Assembly (NCBI GenBank): GCA_904063045.1
Contig: CAJFCJ010000025.1
Location: 310,001-374,000 of the forward strand
DNA: 64,000 bases
DNA from: Dimorphilus gyrociliatus
Taxonomy: Eukaryota; Animalia; Annelida
Reading direction: 5' to 3'
Made by a program: the position numbers and the translations under genes. A model generated the notes under the pieces. It did not search any database and was not told the origin of the DNA. It worked only from the letters and a program-made list of their open reading frames with translations. Below are positions 1-13,374 of the stretch, in pieces (the stretch's first letter is position 1; each line of letters starts with the position of its first letter).

Positions 1-52
1 AAAGGTGTAGGAAATATTTTCTTTAATTTGTTACGCCATCTATATTACGAAC

Positions 53-192
53 CTGTGATGAAATGTTCTTTCGTCTTTCGTTTGTTACTTTTTGCCATTC
101 ACCACCTTCATCATCTTCGAGATTATTTTGATCATCATTTCTTGTCATTTTTTCTTTATAGTTTCCTAATTTTTCAAACGATTGTGCCATAT
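53..192 (-). CDS. Possible coding exon of a gene running off the left edge (MAQSFEKLGNYKEKMTRNDDQNNLEDDEGGEWQKVTNERRKNISSQ)
   Basis: On the minus strand: acceptor ctgcag| at 192, ATG at 190, 46 open codons, then CAG|gttcgt at 53/52. Charged, protein-like composition, but no family recognised and no partner exons found. Confidence 0.35.
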
Positions 193-3100
193 CTGCAGGA
201 ATATATATCCGTTAACTATTCATACTTTCTATATTGTTTGTAGACGTTTTAAATTGGAGGAGAAAAACGATGACTATTCTCTCAATGGTAAGTTATAGAA
301 TCTCATTGGAAATATTATTTTCACTAATAAATTTTCATTCTAAAGAACATTTAGAGCTCTTTTAACGCTTTTCTTACATAAGGTGTTTTCCAAAAGAATC
401 CCTCTACAATTTTAAACTGGTTCCGTATTCTGCAACCGTTTAATTATTAAAACTTTCTTAAATTGATCACGAAGCCTAAAGGTTTCAACTTTTAATGGTT
501 GGTTATAGAGTATGACTAAATAATACGCCAGATATTTGTATTGTACGATTATTACTCAATAGTTAAATTTCGTAAATTATAAATTGTGGAAAAGATACCT
601 TATGTATCTTCTTTTAACATTTATTATTTCTTTTCGAATAAAAAAGTAAAATTTGTTGAATTCTTTGTGTTCGTGAACTAAGTCTATCAAATATCGAATT
701 TATACGATATTTAATTTTTACTGTTTTCTTATTGATTAATATTGAAGCACAGCTAGAATTTACGCCGTATATTGATTATTTAGTATTGAAATCAGGTAGT
801 TTTTAACGATTGGTATAAATATGTATTATGAATTAAAACTCTTATGCGACTATTAACATGAATAGACTGTAGAATTATTATTATTCTTTAAATTATAAAT
901 ACTAATAAAATAAATAATAATCACTAAATTAAATTCAAGTTTATTTAGACTTTTATCATTTTAAGCATCGACAGAGTAATTTAATTAGAATTAAAATTAA
1001 TATTTTATCGTATACAATCAATATAGATTAGTAGAGAGGGAGAAAAAGTGAAGCTAAGCAATAAAAATAGAAGATATACTACAAAAAAGCTTATATTATT
1101 ATTGTCTTATTACAACATATATATGCATTATGCTATATTTTTAGTTCTCTTTTTAATCTGATATAAGCAACATAGAATATCTTTATTAAATATAATAAGT
1201 TATATAAGAATTCTCTCTAATTGTATATTGAAAGAAGAGACTACAAACAGATTCTAAATAGTTATTTCCTTCTTTTATCTAATATATATATATATATATA
1301 GATATACAGTATATATAGATATATACATATGCCCTGTATATTACAATTTGAAGCTGACATACTTTACACAACTACGATTCACTTTTAAAACTTACGACAG
1401 CCGGAAATTTGCATTCTTCAGTAACGAACATTGATACTTATCTAGGAAATGGTTTCTGCTGTCAAACTCAATATAATAACTTGGTGTGTCATAAAGAAGA
1501 AGGATAGAAAAACTGATCGTTCAATACAGACTTTTACTTATACAGTAATATTTAACACCATGAATACCTTTTTAATTATTATGTATTTATAGAACATATA
1601 ATGTTAGGCTTAATTGGATAAATGCGGATAATTTTTTTTTCTCGTAAGATTAAAATTGACAACAACTTAATACCCTTTTTTACTATGTATAATATAAACT
1701 ATTAGATATATATAATATGCTTTTTAGGCTGCACGTGGCTTAATGCTGTATATACGTATACATACATTAGATTGTTAAAGAAGCTAATTAAAGAAAATCC
1801 AACCAAAATTTTATTCATTAAAACGACAATATATCTTCGTTATATTTTTAACATTTTTATTATTGTTATTGTTATTATTGGAAGAAAATATGAGTTGGAG
1901 ATGATTATATGTTTAATATAAAAATCAAAGAACCAGGCCTATAACCTTGTACAAAAATCTTTAATTGATTTTTATGCAATTAAAGTTAAGATTTCATTAC
2001 GCGTGACAAATATTTAATTGACGACTTATAGAGATAATACTTTAAAACTTGCTCTTTTAATAGATTTTGTACATTTTGTTTTTGAGAATTATAATGTTTT
2101 AATGGAATGGTTAAAACATTCAACGAGTGAGTACAGGCAGAAAACTTCAAAGAAAAGAGAAATATATAAATATTTGAATACATACGTATATATATATACA
2201 GTATACAGTATATATATATATATATATGTATTAATGAATACATAAAGACAGGAGGGGGTGAAAGAAATAAAGTAAAGGGGGAGTTAGAGAGACGACAAAA
2301 AGGAAGAGAGAATTTAATGAATAAATTATATAATAACCTAATCAATATTGATTTTGCATTAAATTTTTAAAAAGAGAATAGGTAAAACCAGACAATTATT
2401 ACAAAGTATTTAACTTATGACTCTAAAATAAAGAATAATGACATAAGAATATAATAGCGATATGATTAAAAAGGCAAAAACATCTATTTTATCCAAACTT
2501 ACAGTAAGTTTATTGATCTATTCTATCGATATATCAATACAAATGGCAAATGAATCTTTATATTAATGTTTTCATAAAGAAGCATTAAATTAAAATCGAA
2601 TTGTAAAAGTCTCTTTTATCCGTAATTTAAACTTTTTGCTTATTTAACATATTCAAAAACCTATTTTACAGTGGCTTTTAAAATATTTGCATTCGAGAAT
2701 CTAATAAGAAACATAAATATATATATATGAAATAATAATGCTTGTATACTTGTATTTTAATAATAAATTTAATTTTAAGTATGCAATCTACTGCATTTAT
2801 AGTGTATTTATCATTTACAAATGTTAGAGGAAAAGAAGATTATACACTTTCACTTGGATGACTAATATTTGGGAACAACGAATTTCCTCCTTCGAAATCT
2901 AGATTACGTAATATAATCTATTTTTAAAGCGAAAAGAATTTGTTTCAATAAAACTGTGAATAAACTATTTTACAAAAATCTATTCTGTTATACGTTCTAT
3001 TTCTCATCCATTAGGCTTGTCGAATTGTATGCAAATGCGAAGCAAGTGAATAGTTACACAGTATGTAAATATATATATATATATATTTACTGTACATCAT

Positions 3101-6002
3101 ATACAATAGACTGTCCTATGCTGTACTACGCATAGTACATATGCTAACGATTGATACAGCTGACAAGATTCGACCTCTATATAACTTTTAAATAATTAAT
3201 GATAAAGAAAATATTTTAGATCAACTTACTATGTTTTCTTCTTTGCACTCTTCTTGAAGATTAAAAAAATATCTTTTCATTTACCAAATTGCCAAAACAA
3301 GACAGTTGAAGAGAAAGTAAACATAAAATTACTGAGCAACAAGCGTGATCAAGAAGGAGCAAGAGAGAAAGCGAGTGAGTGAGTAAAAGGCAGAGACAGA
3401 AGGAGAGAGAGAGATGTATTTATATATATATATATATATATATACTAATATATATATACAGTTTATATATACACGCTTAGAGAAGTATATAGAGACTGAG
3501 AGACGCTGTCGTCTTCGTTGTTGGTAAAGGGATGATCTGAGCTGTTGGAAATTTTCAAGTAAATTGGTAAACGCCATGTGAAAAAGTATGGATTATAATA
3601 CAGAGAAAATATATCTTGGTGGCAATCTATTATATATATTTTTTCTATATCTTTCCATCATTTTCTTTTAACGAGTTAAGAGTTTTATTAAAATACAAAC
3701 ATTGCTCTTTCAAATTTATATATAACTAAAATTACGGAATATTATACTCTAATATTATATAAATCGTATTTTAGTAATATTTTTAAAGAATTTCGTAGGA
3801 TAGAACTGTAATATATCTATAAAAACTACAGTAAATAAATTTGTTTCCTAATGTAAATTACTTTTTTTTCCCCAAACAAAATTATAAAAATATTAGAAGC
3901 AAATTGCTTAGTTTCAAATTTAATTAGTACTTTTAACGCGTCTTAAAGTTACAAAAAAATGTATCAAATAACGAAAAATAGTCGGTATATTCTAAATAAA
4001 TGCATACATATATGTTTCTATCTATATATAAATATGTTATATTGCACATAATAACTTTAATATTGTTAACTTAAGAATTACTAAATATCTTTAAAACAAG
4101 GATAATGACAAAACAAGTTCAATTATTTAGAAATTAAATTTATAAAGATTTACAGTTAAGCCATTTGGTTAAATAATACATAAAACTCTTTGTAACTGAT
4201 TAATTAATGTATATAAAATTCTTTTATTATATTACATTACACTATATTGTGTAATATTTTGAATTAAGTATTTTATTATATTTATTCTTTTAGAATTCTT
4301 TTATATATTGCATATATACACTGTATTAATGTACATTATTTGCTCTTCTTAATAAACAAGCTCCTATAATCTTCTTACTTTAAGCCTACAGACGAAGATG
4401 ACATATTTAGAAAGCATTTCTGCTTTGTTTCTCTTCCCCTCCCACAGTTATCTTAATTTTTCATACTTACTAATAAGTATAAATCTTTATACGTTCTTTT
4501 CAATCTATATTAATGCTAATTAATTGACACGCTCTTATTTCTTACGATGAATTATTGCTACTTTTTGTTATTTGATGTAGATCAAGAGAAAGAAATCGAA
4601 GAGCTTCGTTATTTATTCTTTAAGCATTTTTTCATACAGTAAATACACTTAATAGTTTATTATTATTCTAAGAATTCGTTAGTTGAATATATACAGTATA
4701 TATAAGGCAGAAGAGAGGGAACAAAAGAAAGGAAGAGAAGATAGTAGGATTTAGCGAAAATTACAATGACCTTTATTAAAAAATTAAGCTCTTGTAAAGG
4801 TTACCTAAATCGCTTGTAATATTTGTATACTGAATTTAAAGTAGCAACAATGCTATTATTTAATGTGTTCTATTTAGAAAAAAGGAAAGAATTAACTTGA
4901 AAACCTTTCAAATATTAAAATTATAATGAAATTGTCTAATTTTTACATTATTTTCCATTTCAATTTCCTATAAATCATCTTTTTCCATTATTATGTCCAT
5001 TGTTGTTTTACTTTTAGATCTTAATCTCTAATTTTCCTAATTCTTTTAATTGAACTTTTAGGATTCCAATATCAGCTTTAATTGAAGTTATTTTGTAGGA
5101 TTTCGTGAATTAAAGACAGGATTTATTATAATTTTAGTTAAGAGAAAGTAGATACTTGTTGTTTTATTTTATTTGCAGTTTGTTATATACAGTACATTTG
5201 CAGTACAAGTATAATACTTGTATTATCATACAGTACATTTTAAATCAGTAAAATTAAATGTATTTTATACACTATATACAGAATATACAGTATAAACACT
5301 CGAATGGTGTGTTACTGGATTATCTAGGTAATAGTATATTTATATGTTTAAACCTAATTAACCATAAGTAAGATAGTAGTTTTACATTTAAATACTGTAA
5401 TATCAGTTTTATTCTTAGAAATAAGATAGACATTGAATCTTCTTTATAACACAAGTAAAATAAATTATTTTTGTATTACTAAAGATTTAAACTTTAAAGT
5501 CGATTACATAACTAATGTACTGTAGGATTGTGTAGACAATTGATCTATAGATACGATATATCTATTTTAAATGCTATTTCTAGGTATATACTAGAATATA
5601 TGCTTTACTGAAGAAAATAGACCCTAAATAACTGAAATCTACTTGTGAGAAGAATATGCTTTTATTTAAAAAGACGGTTGTTATAGGTAACGGCATAGAG
5701 TCTACAAGGTCGATGATGATTGTCCATTTTTTATCAAAATAAATAAGTTATTTAATTGGATAAATTATATTATTATCAATTTTTTTTTAAAAAAAAACAA
5801 GAATTTTCTGCTTATTCATTCTATGTTTTTTCATTTTGTCTTTTTTGTAGTTGTAATACTCTTCTTTTTAGGGATTCCCTCTTTTATGCAATAATTTTCT
5901 TCCCAAATAAATTTAAAGGCGTTTTATCTTTATCTTTAAGATTATCTTAGAAGATAAAAAGAATATTTTGTTATAAATTGAAAATGAAATAATCTCTTTC
6001 TC

Positions 6003-6007
<5 letters not shown>

Positions 6008-6041
<34 letters not shown>
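6008..6041. repeat. (CT)17 microsatellite
   Basis: Read directly from the sequence. Confidence 0.95.
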
Positions 6042-6044
<3 letters not shown>

Positions 6045-9000
6045 TAGTTGCTCTGTACGATTCTCACTGCATCATCAAACTATTAGTTTTAGTTGCTTTG
6101 AACATTTTACCATTTTCAAAAAAGTAGTGACATCTATATTATTGAAAGAAAAATTGAAAAAAAAAAACAAAGTGGCAAGGATAATTGTATTATAGAAATG
6201 AATTATTAATAAACGAAAGGTTTTTAGTTATTCTAGTCAGATATTTCTAAGTTGTACAGTATATATCCAACATATTTCATTATATAACATAGACATCTCT
6301 TTCTTGTGGGCTTAATATTTCTATTTCTTGTATTTGTATCTTCTATTTCAGTTTTGAATAGTTCATCGCATAATACTGTCAACAATCATTAAGACATTTT
6401 CCTGGAAACAATAAATATATATTTATTGAATGACAGGTTAAGCAAAACGCAAAGTGTTATCTATATATCATTGATCTTTAGACAGAACTGAATGCTTGCG
6501 TAAACCTCTCCCTGAGATATTTAGCTTATGTTTATGATTGGAATGAATTCTAAAAAATCAATCCAATATATGAATTTCTACCTGGAACTTATATAATCTA
6601 GAAAAAATTATTACTACGAAGCATATGTAATTATGATGCAATTTTATTTCCTTTTTCTTTTTTTAACTTTTATTACTTTCCTATTTGAACTATAGAAAAG
6701 GGAAAAGTTTGTAGTAGTTCTACATCTCTATTCATAAAATTCATGGTGCTCTATACCTTAATTTATTCTCCAAGGGGGAATATAAAGATTTTATAAAGAA
6801 GAATTTTATAGTAGCACTTATGAAGTGAGATAAAATATATAGGATCTCATCTTAAAAAGATTTTATATGAAGGGAATATAAGATTGTGTAATAATAAAAT
6901 ACCAATGAAAGATTTCTCATCTTTCGTTTATGCAGAATGTAAATAAGAGAGCCGGAAAATTTCTTCTCTGAAGAAATTTCATTCTAGTGACATCTATTGT
7001 TTATCCTCAAAAACATTTTTTTAAACATAGCTAAGCAAGAAGATATACACTCTATATATATATATATATATATATATGCATACACTATATAGGATATTTA
7101 GAAAATTGTTATCATTCTCTCTCAAAGTGAATACTTAGAATAAAAACTTAAGGGTTAAAAGTTAATGGCAAATTATAACAGATGAAAAATTTTATACAAG
7201 TAACAAGAGATGAAAATTATAGCCAAACTATAAATTCTACGTAATCTTTAATTAACTTTATTATACGTATTACTATATTGTATTAGTAATAATTGGATAA
7301 TTCACAGAAAGTAAAAAACAAGAAACAGAGGAATAAATACAAATCGTTAAAGGGAATCGTTCTTTGTGCGATATGAAGCGTTACATTTTACATGACATAT
7401 ACTTCTTTTCCATTAAAGACAATACGAAATGGTCCGAAAATTCCAGATTTTTTTTAATCGATTACATATGTATTATATAAAATGTTATAACAGATTTATC
7501 AAAAATAAATTATATTATATATACAAAAATTATTTAACGATAAATTACAAATTTCCATATAAGAAGGTATGAATATTTAAAGAATTTATGAAATTTTCTC
7601 ACTAAAATTAGAGAAATACGCACAAGAATGAAATAATAATTATTGGAATCTTATTTGAATATTGAAAGAGATATTAAATTGATTTTATTGAAAACATTCT
7701 TAGTTGAGTTTCGACGTATAATCGTCCAATTGGGATTTTGAGTCAAAAAAAGCTTCTCTTCCTAAAATATACTTATGGCCATATGAATAAGAATTTTGTT
7801 CTATTTTTTTTAGCTAGATAAATAAATACCTTAGAGGTTTTTACTTTCTCTCTCTCTCTCTCTCTCTACATCTCAGTCTCTGTCTGCTTGTCTCTCTTTC
7901 CCTTATTCATTCTTATTTTTATATAGACAAATCTTTCTGTGTTTTCTTCATGCTAACGAATTATCAAGTAAAATCTATACGCTTACACATAGGATTGTAA
8001 TGGGAAGACACAACAATCTATTCTTCGAGAAGATAGTTAATTTTTGATTTGTTGTATAAGAGCTAGAAAGAAATAATTCATAGAAATCGAAGCTTGCATT
8101 ATTTAACTGAATGAAATAAACTCTAGTGAAAGGTTATGGTACTATTAAACGAAATAGAAAGCAAATACTTGCCATTACTGACTTGTTGTGGAAAATGATT
8201 TTTTACTATGTAGAACATTGTACTATATATGTGATGAGCTTCACTTCACTTATAAGTTTACATTTTCCCCTTTATTTACATTCATAACAAGTAAACACGA
8301 AAAGACTATCAAATAGGTCAACGAATAAAATATTAAAATAAACCATTGCTAAATGATATACAAAGTAGCAAAGTTGACCCTGTTTCTGCTTTTGTACATT
8401 TATATGACGTTGTATTATCTAAGGGTGGCGAAGATCCTTTTGAGGGAAATAGCCGTAGTAATCAATTTCTGCATAAGTAAAATTTGGTAGAATATTCTAT
8501 TGAATAACTGTGAAACAAACTATTTATAGATTTTTAAGATGTAGAGGATAGTATTTTACCTTGATAATACATGCTATTGTTATGATTATATATTATATAT
8601 TATATAAAATTGAATAATTACTCTCTGCTTTATACCGTCATCCACATCGTGCCACAACTAAAGTCTCAATAACTTTTCAACCAGGGCTTGTAAGTTAAGA
8701 AAGTTTTTAGTGACAGTACATAAATCAATTCACTTTCTATTAATGATAGAAATATAGGCCTACAGTGTACTGTTTTAAAAATACAGTAATGCGGCGAGAA
8801 TTTTTCGGGTGACCCTAATATATAGTAAACTATACATACTATTCCCTATGTATTTGTTTTAAAATTTATTTTATTTTATGGAAATTCATAAAATATCATG
8901 AGAATAGATTTTATTATGATCACTATGACGGCAATTTCCCAGCAACAGAATCTTCCCTGGACAGTTGGGAAACCTTTCTATATTTCCTATAGTATTTTTT

Positions 9001-9284
9001 TACTCTCTTTAGATCTAGCATACTGTCCGTATCCTCCATATTTGATCCTCTAACAACACCAAATATATATTTGCCACTATTCATATGCGGTTATTCCTAC
9101 ACTCTACTGTAATGAAAATGGATATTTTTCCAAGCATAATGAAAATAAGAAGAAAGGAAGAATCTATTGCAAAATATTAGAATATGGTGTATATTTTAAT
9201 TATATTAGTATTTACTTAATTATGTCAAAGAACCTTTTCAACACTATTCTTGAATATTTGATAGTTTGTAATAATATCAAGATA

Positions 9285-11219
9285 TTAACTTTTATGTGGG
9301 AATAAAAGAATTGCCAAAGATATAAAGAAAACAATAAAAATTAGAGCAAATAATCTATCTAAAACCATTGAAATGTTCCTCCATCTAAAATTAATGAACT
9401 TTTTATCTAAATCAGTCAAATTTTCAATAGTTTCCATTTCCAAGTCGTTGGACTTTCGATCATCATTACTTGTTCTACTTTTATTAAAGGATGCGTGCAT
9501 TTGATTACGTAACATCAATACTCTTGATACTTTATAGACAAAGACCTATAATTTTTAAACGAATAGAAGTTAAAAATGGATTTATAAATATTGTTTAACA
9601 AAACCTTTATCATCCACGACGGAACGTCTTCGCCAGAGTCTCCCCGTCGACTAACAGATACGGAGATTATTGACGATATCAATATTCCTATAACCAACGC
9701 TATATTCGATATATAAAATAATCCCAGTTTCGGTATAGAAGCCGCTGATGGAGGAGCCGATTCGATCAGAATTAAGAGAAGTACAATATAACTAGCGAAG
9801 ACACTCATACCTTATAGAGAATAGAAACAACGCAAATAAGTAAGATAAGATTTTTGATATGTAAGTATAGTAGAAGCGATGTAGTACCTAATGAATGTCT
9901 ATCAGCTCTATCGGGAGGGAGGAGGAAGATGCACAGAGCTAAAGATGAGAGGCAAACAGAGGGTAACGTCAGCAAAATCATTTTGAATTTATTTCTTCTT
10001 CTTAAAGCTAAAGAAAATTTGATTGCTGGCCTTTTTGAAAATTTTATCATAACTCCCTTGCTTTTTGCTCTTATAACGAGTTCTGTGCTATTCGATATAA
10101 TTTCCCATTCCTGCGATTCCTTATAAGCGCCTAAATAAGTATCTAAGTCGAACGCCGAACTGTTTTTATACTTGTAAACATTTAGATCTAACTTCTTCTT
10201 TGAAATCGACATCGATTGAAACCACATATCACAGTCGTGTTTGTCAAATGGATAGTTTGTAACGTCAATTAGACAAGCACTTTCATACGACACGTGAGGA
10301 GACCAAAATACTGAACCGGAACTTCTCACTTGTAAATCAGCATTTCGAATATTTTTTTCCGTTTCATCTCTAAAAATTTAAATACCAATATATAATTGAA
10401 TTGAATGGCTTATTCTCTTAGGAAAATTAAACTATTAGCATAATATATCTCTAATAAAGCTCAAATATTTCACCAGTAACTAATTATCTACAAAAAAAAT
10501 TAGATCTAACATAAAAAGAAACGCAAGTATTCATCAATCGATGAAATTCTAAACGCGAAGGAATCGCTTATATTTGTATAATTAATAAACTATATAGTTA
10601 ATAGTCTACAATGAATATATTTACATCCCATTTTTTTCATAGTTTACCATAAAAATACCTTTAGATCTTAACAAGCACATTTATTACTTACGTATTTACA
10701 AGAACAATATCGGGCAGCCATACTTGACTATAAGGTACCGTTAACGACGTTATATTCTTATATGCGGTAGGATTCCATTTTAGCGACTCGTCATACCATT
10801 TCTTTAAATAAATTCAAGTAAATAATAGTATATTTTTACAAAATTAACATATAAATCTTACAACTCTTAGCCATACGCTAGTTTTCATTTTCTGATGCTT
10901 TTCATCCAATTCAACTTTCATAAGTCTTATACCAAAAAACACTTTAATAGGCTTTGAAGAATCATTTATAGGCCTAGAAAATCTTCTTGTACTTCTTGTA
11001 TAATTCGCGAATAAATCGTTTAAAAGCTTAGCTTCAACGTTCAATAGATTACTAGTAGAATAATATTCCCTACAGAAATGTATTTCTTAATTAGTAATGT
11101 AGCATTGAAAAAATGTTTTGAATCTCTTCTTACCGAGAAGATTGAACAACTTTAGTTTTAAATGAGCAAAGATAAGAAATGTATATAATAGGAAGAAGTA
11201 TGAAGCGATTTTGTTGCAT
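9285..11219 (-). CDS. Cys-loop ligand-gated ion channel, divergent non-alpha nAChR-like subunit; 6 exons (11219-11134, 11069-10862, 10801-10692, 10369-9888, 9810-9605, 9545-9285)
   Basis: Signal peptide MQQNRFILLPIIYISYLC; WYDESLKWNP...VWLPDIVLVN; Cys loop CLIDVTNYPFDKHDC; M1 LLTLPSVCLSSLALCIFLLPP; M2 RHSLGMSVFASYIVLLLILIE; M3; short cytoplasmic loop; M4 WRNISMVLDRLFALIF. All introns are GT-AG with matching phases. No vicinal Cys in loop C. Confidence 0.9.
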
Positions 11220-11722
11220 ATTTCTCTCTCTTTGCAGTATCAGACAGGTGCTCTGCAAAGAAATCTTTAGATCATTTTATTACGGATAGTAAATCTTCTC
11301 ACTTCTTACAAATGTACTAATAACATAGATTTTTTGTTCTATTTCAAATAAGATGAACTATATGCTAATATACATGACTCAGGAATTGAAGATAAAAATG
11401 TTATTCCATCAATGCATATATACTGTATATTATATTGTATTTGTGTGGTCATACTTATTTTAAAATGTCATAAATTCATATTAAGGATAGTTTGATAAGA
11501 TAAGATGAAATATTTAAATAGTTTTTACTTACTTGATAATTTTTCCTCTATAGTTTCAAAGTTATTGATTAATAAAGGCTACACTATATATATATACTAA
11601 TATATATATATTTGAATAGCTCTTATTTTATAGATGGGTATAAGGCTACAACAAAGCTACTAATTTTGTAAAAACACAAAAAAAAGAGAAATCTTTTCAC
11701 TCTGATATACAGGGAAAGTATA

Positions 11723-11733
11723 GCGCCACCTAG
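11723..11733 (-). promoter_or_regulatory. CTCF-like motif CTAGGTGGCGC about 500 bp upstream of the channel ATG
   Basis: Matches the CTCF core consensus CYAGRKGGCRS. Motif match only. Confidence 0.45.
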
Positions 11734-13374
11734 TTTAAATATTTTGGTTACTCTAAATTGGGATTTTTAAAATGAGATGCATCTTTACCTCATACACGCC
11801 TCTCCCACCCCTCAGAGTTAAGGAATAGAATAGATTAAATGTACAGAAAATTCCGATTAGCTTATTTAAATATTCATGAGTAGAAAGAGGATATAATCGA
11901 ACGAAAATTTACATTTTTTTATATAAATATGCAAAATAAGTATTATTGAAAAAATAATGGAATATATAAATGTAGAGAATTATTTTAAAATGTATATTTC
12001 ATATTGAGAATACAAAATAGATTTATATTGTTTTTATTTAAAGTGTCAATAATATCTGAGATTAATATCAAAACTAATCGATAATATTAGCATACAAACT
12101 GGGTTACAAACTAATAAAATTTTATATTTTACTGAAACACTATCGTTTGTAAAGTTTTATCTTTTTTGTAAGTTTTGTCTCCATTAAAAATGAAATAAAT
12201 ACAAAGTAAACATTACAAATATACATTTATATTTCATTAATTTTCATTAAATTCGTTTGTAAATGCATTTGTGAATTTCCTATCAAGTTATTATTTTGAT
12301 TAGTATGTCTTTTTAATGATTGTTTATGAAAAAAATATGTAAATCTCCATATTAGATGTAAAAAACACGAATTATGATATAAGAGCAAAAGGACATCCTC
12401 CTATATATTTATTATACACCCTTGAATGAAAATATTGATAATGAATGATTATTCTCCAGACATAGTTCGGACAATTTCATTGATTGCACTAAACAAAAAC
12501 AACTACATCTGACTGGAAATGGCGCGATGACGTAAATGTTGAATATTTATTAATTACATTACTGTATAATTGTAAAATTTGAATACATATATACTGTATA
12601 CTGTAGATTGTATAAAAAGCTTATTTGTTTAATATTAGTATAAATATTAATCCTATATTTCTAAAACAGTGATTCTACTTTAACTCATTCGATCCTATAA
12701 TTTCATTCATAATTTTGTGACGTTTGCTATGATATAGTTGGTAGCTCAATAACTAGGCATATAACTCTTACATTTGTATTCTTTGTTTATATTTCATCAA
12801 TTGTTTAACCCATCTTGTTTTGTATTCATCAAAGAGAAATAAAAGTAAAGTCCAATGGTAGATTAATAAAAATTGACCACCGATAAAGATTTCTTTTAGC
12901 GTTTATGAATTCTTAAAATATTTTCAATCACTCATGATTGAAAACATATGTTTTTGTTTTACTTTCCTTTCGTGGAATAAAGAAAAAATAATATAAATGT
13001 ACTGTTTATAGGCAGGAACAAAGAGTTAAGATAAAAAAAGACTACAAAGGCAATTAATAGGCAAATTATAAATGTCTTGAAGTGAATAAAATTATATAGT
13101 AAAAACTTTGAAGTATTATCATTCGGATTTCGCAATTATCCTTCAATGTCACAATATGTTTTAGATATTGATCTGTAACAATGGCATGACTAAATCGAAT
13201 GACATACTTTTTTATATGTAGAATAATTCCAATAATCAAGTATAATGAATTATTAATGATAAATATTGAGACTATTCTATCAATCACTTACCACCTAATC
13301 TTTCCCCAGTAAATCTACTTTTCTCTCTCATTCCTTTTAACAAGCTCCTGCAATGATAACGAAATATTGATGAT

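Noticed and set aside
1986-2345. ORFs rich in YIYI/IYIY or SLSL (also 26677-26975, 36100-36306, 43946-44275, 17469-17714, 24745-25084)
   Set aside because: Produced by TA and CT/GA microsatellites and AT-rich low complexity.
3329-3577. ORF MAFTNLLENFQQLRSS... in a locally GC-richer patch
   Set aside because: Runs into TA/CT repeats and no in-phase partner exon was found. It could be a UTR or promoter, but this is not supportable.
8340-8480. Open stretch KPLLNDIQSSKV...GGEDPFEGNSRSNQFLHK on the plus strand
   Set aside because: In-frame stop immediately upstream, no start or convincing splice chain, no family recognised.
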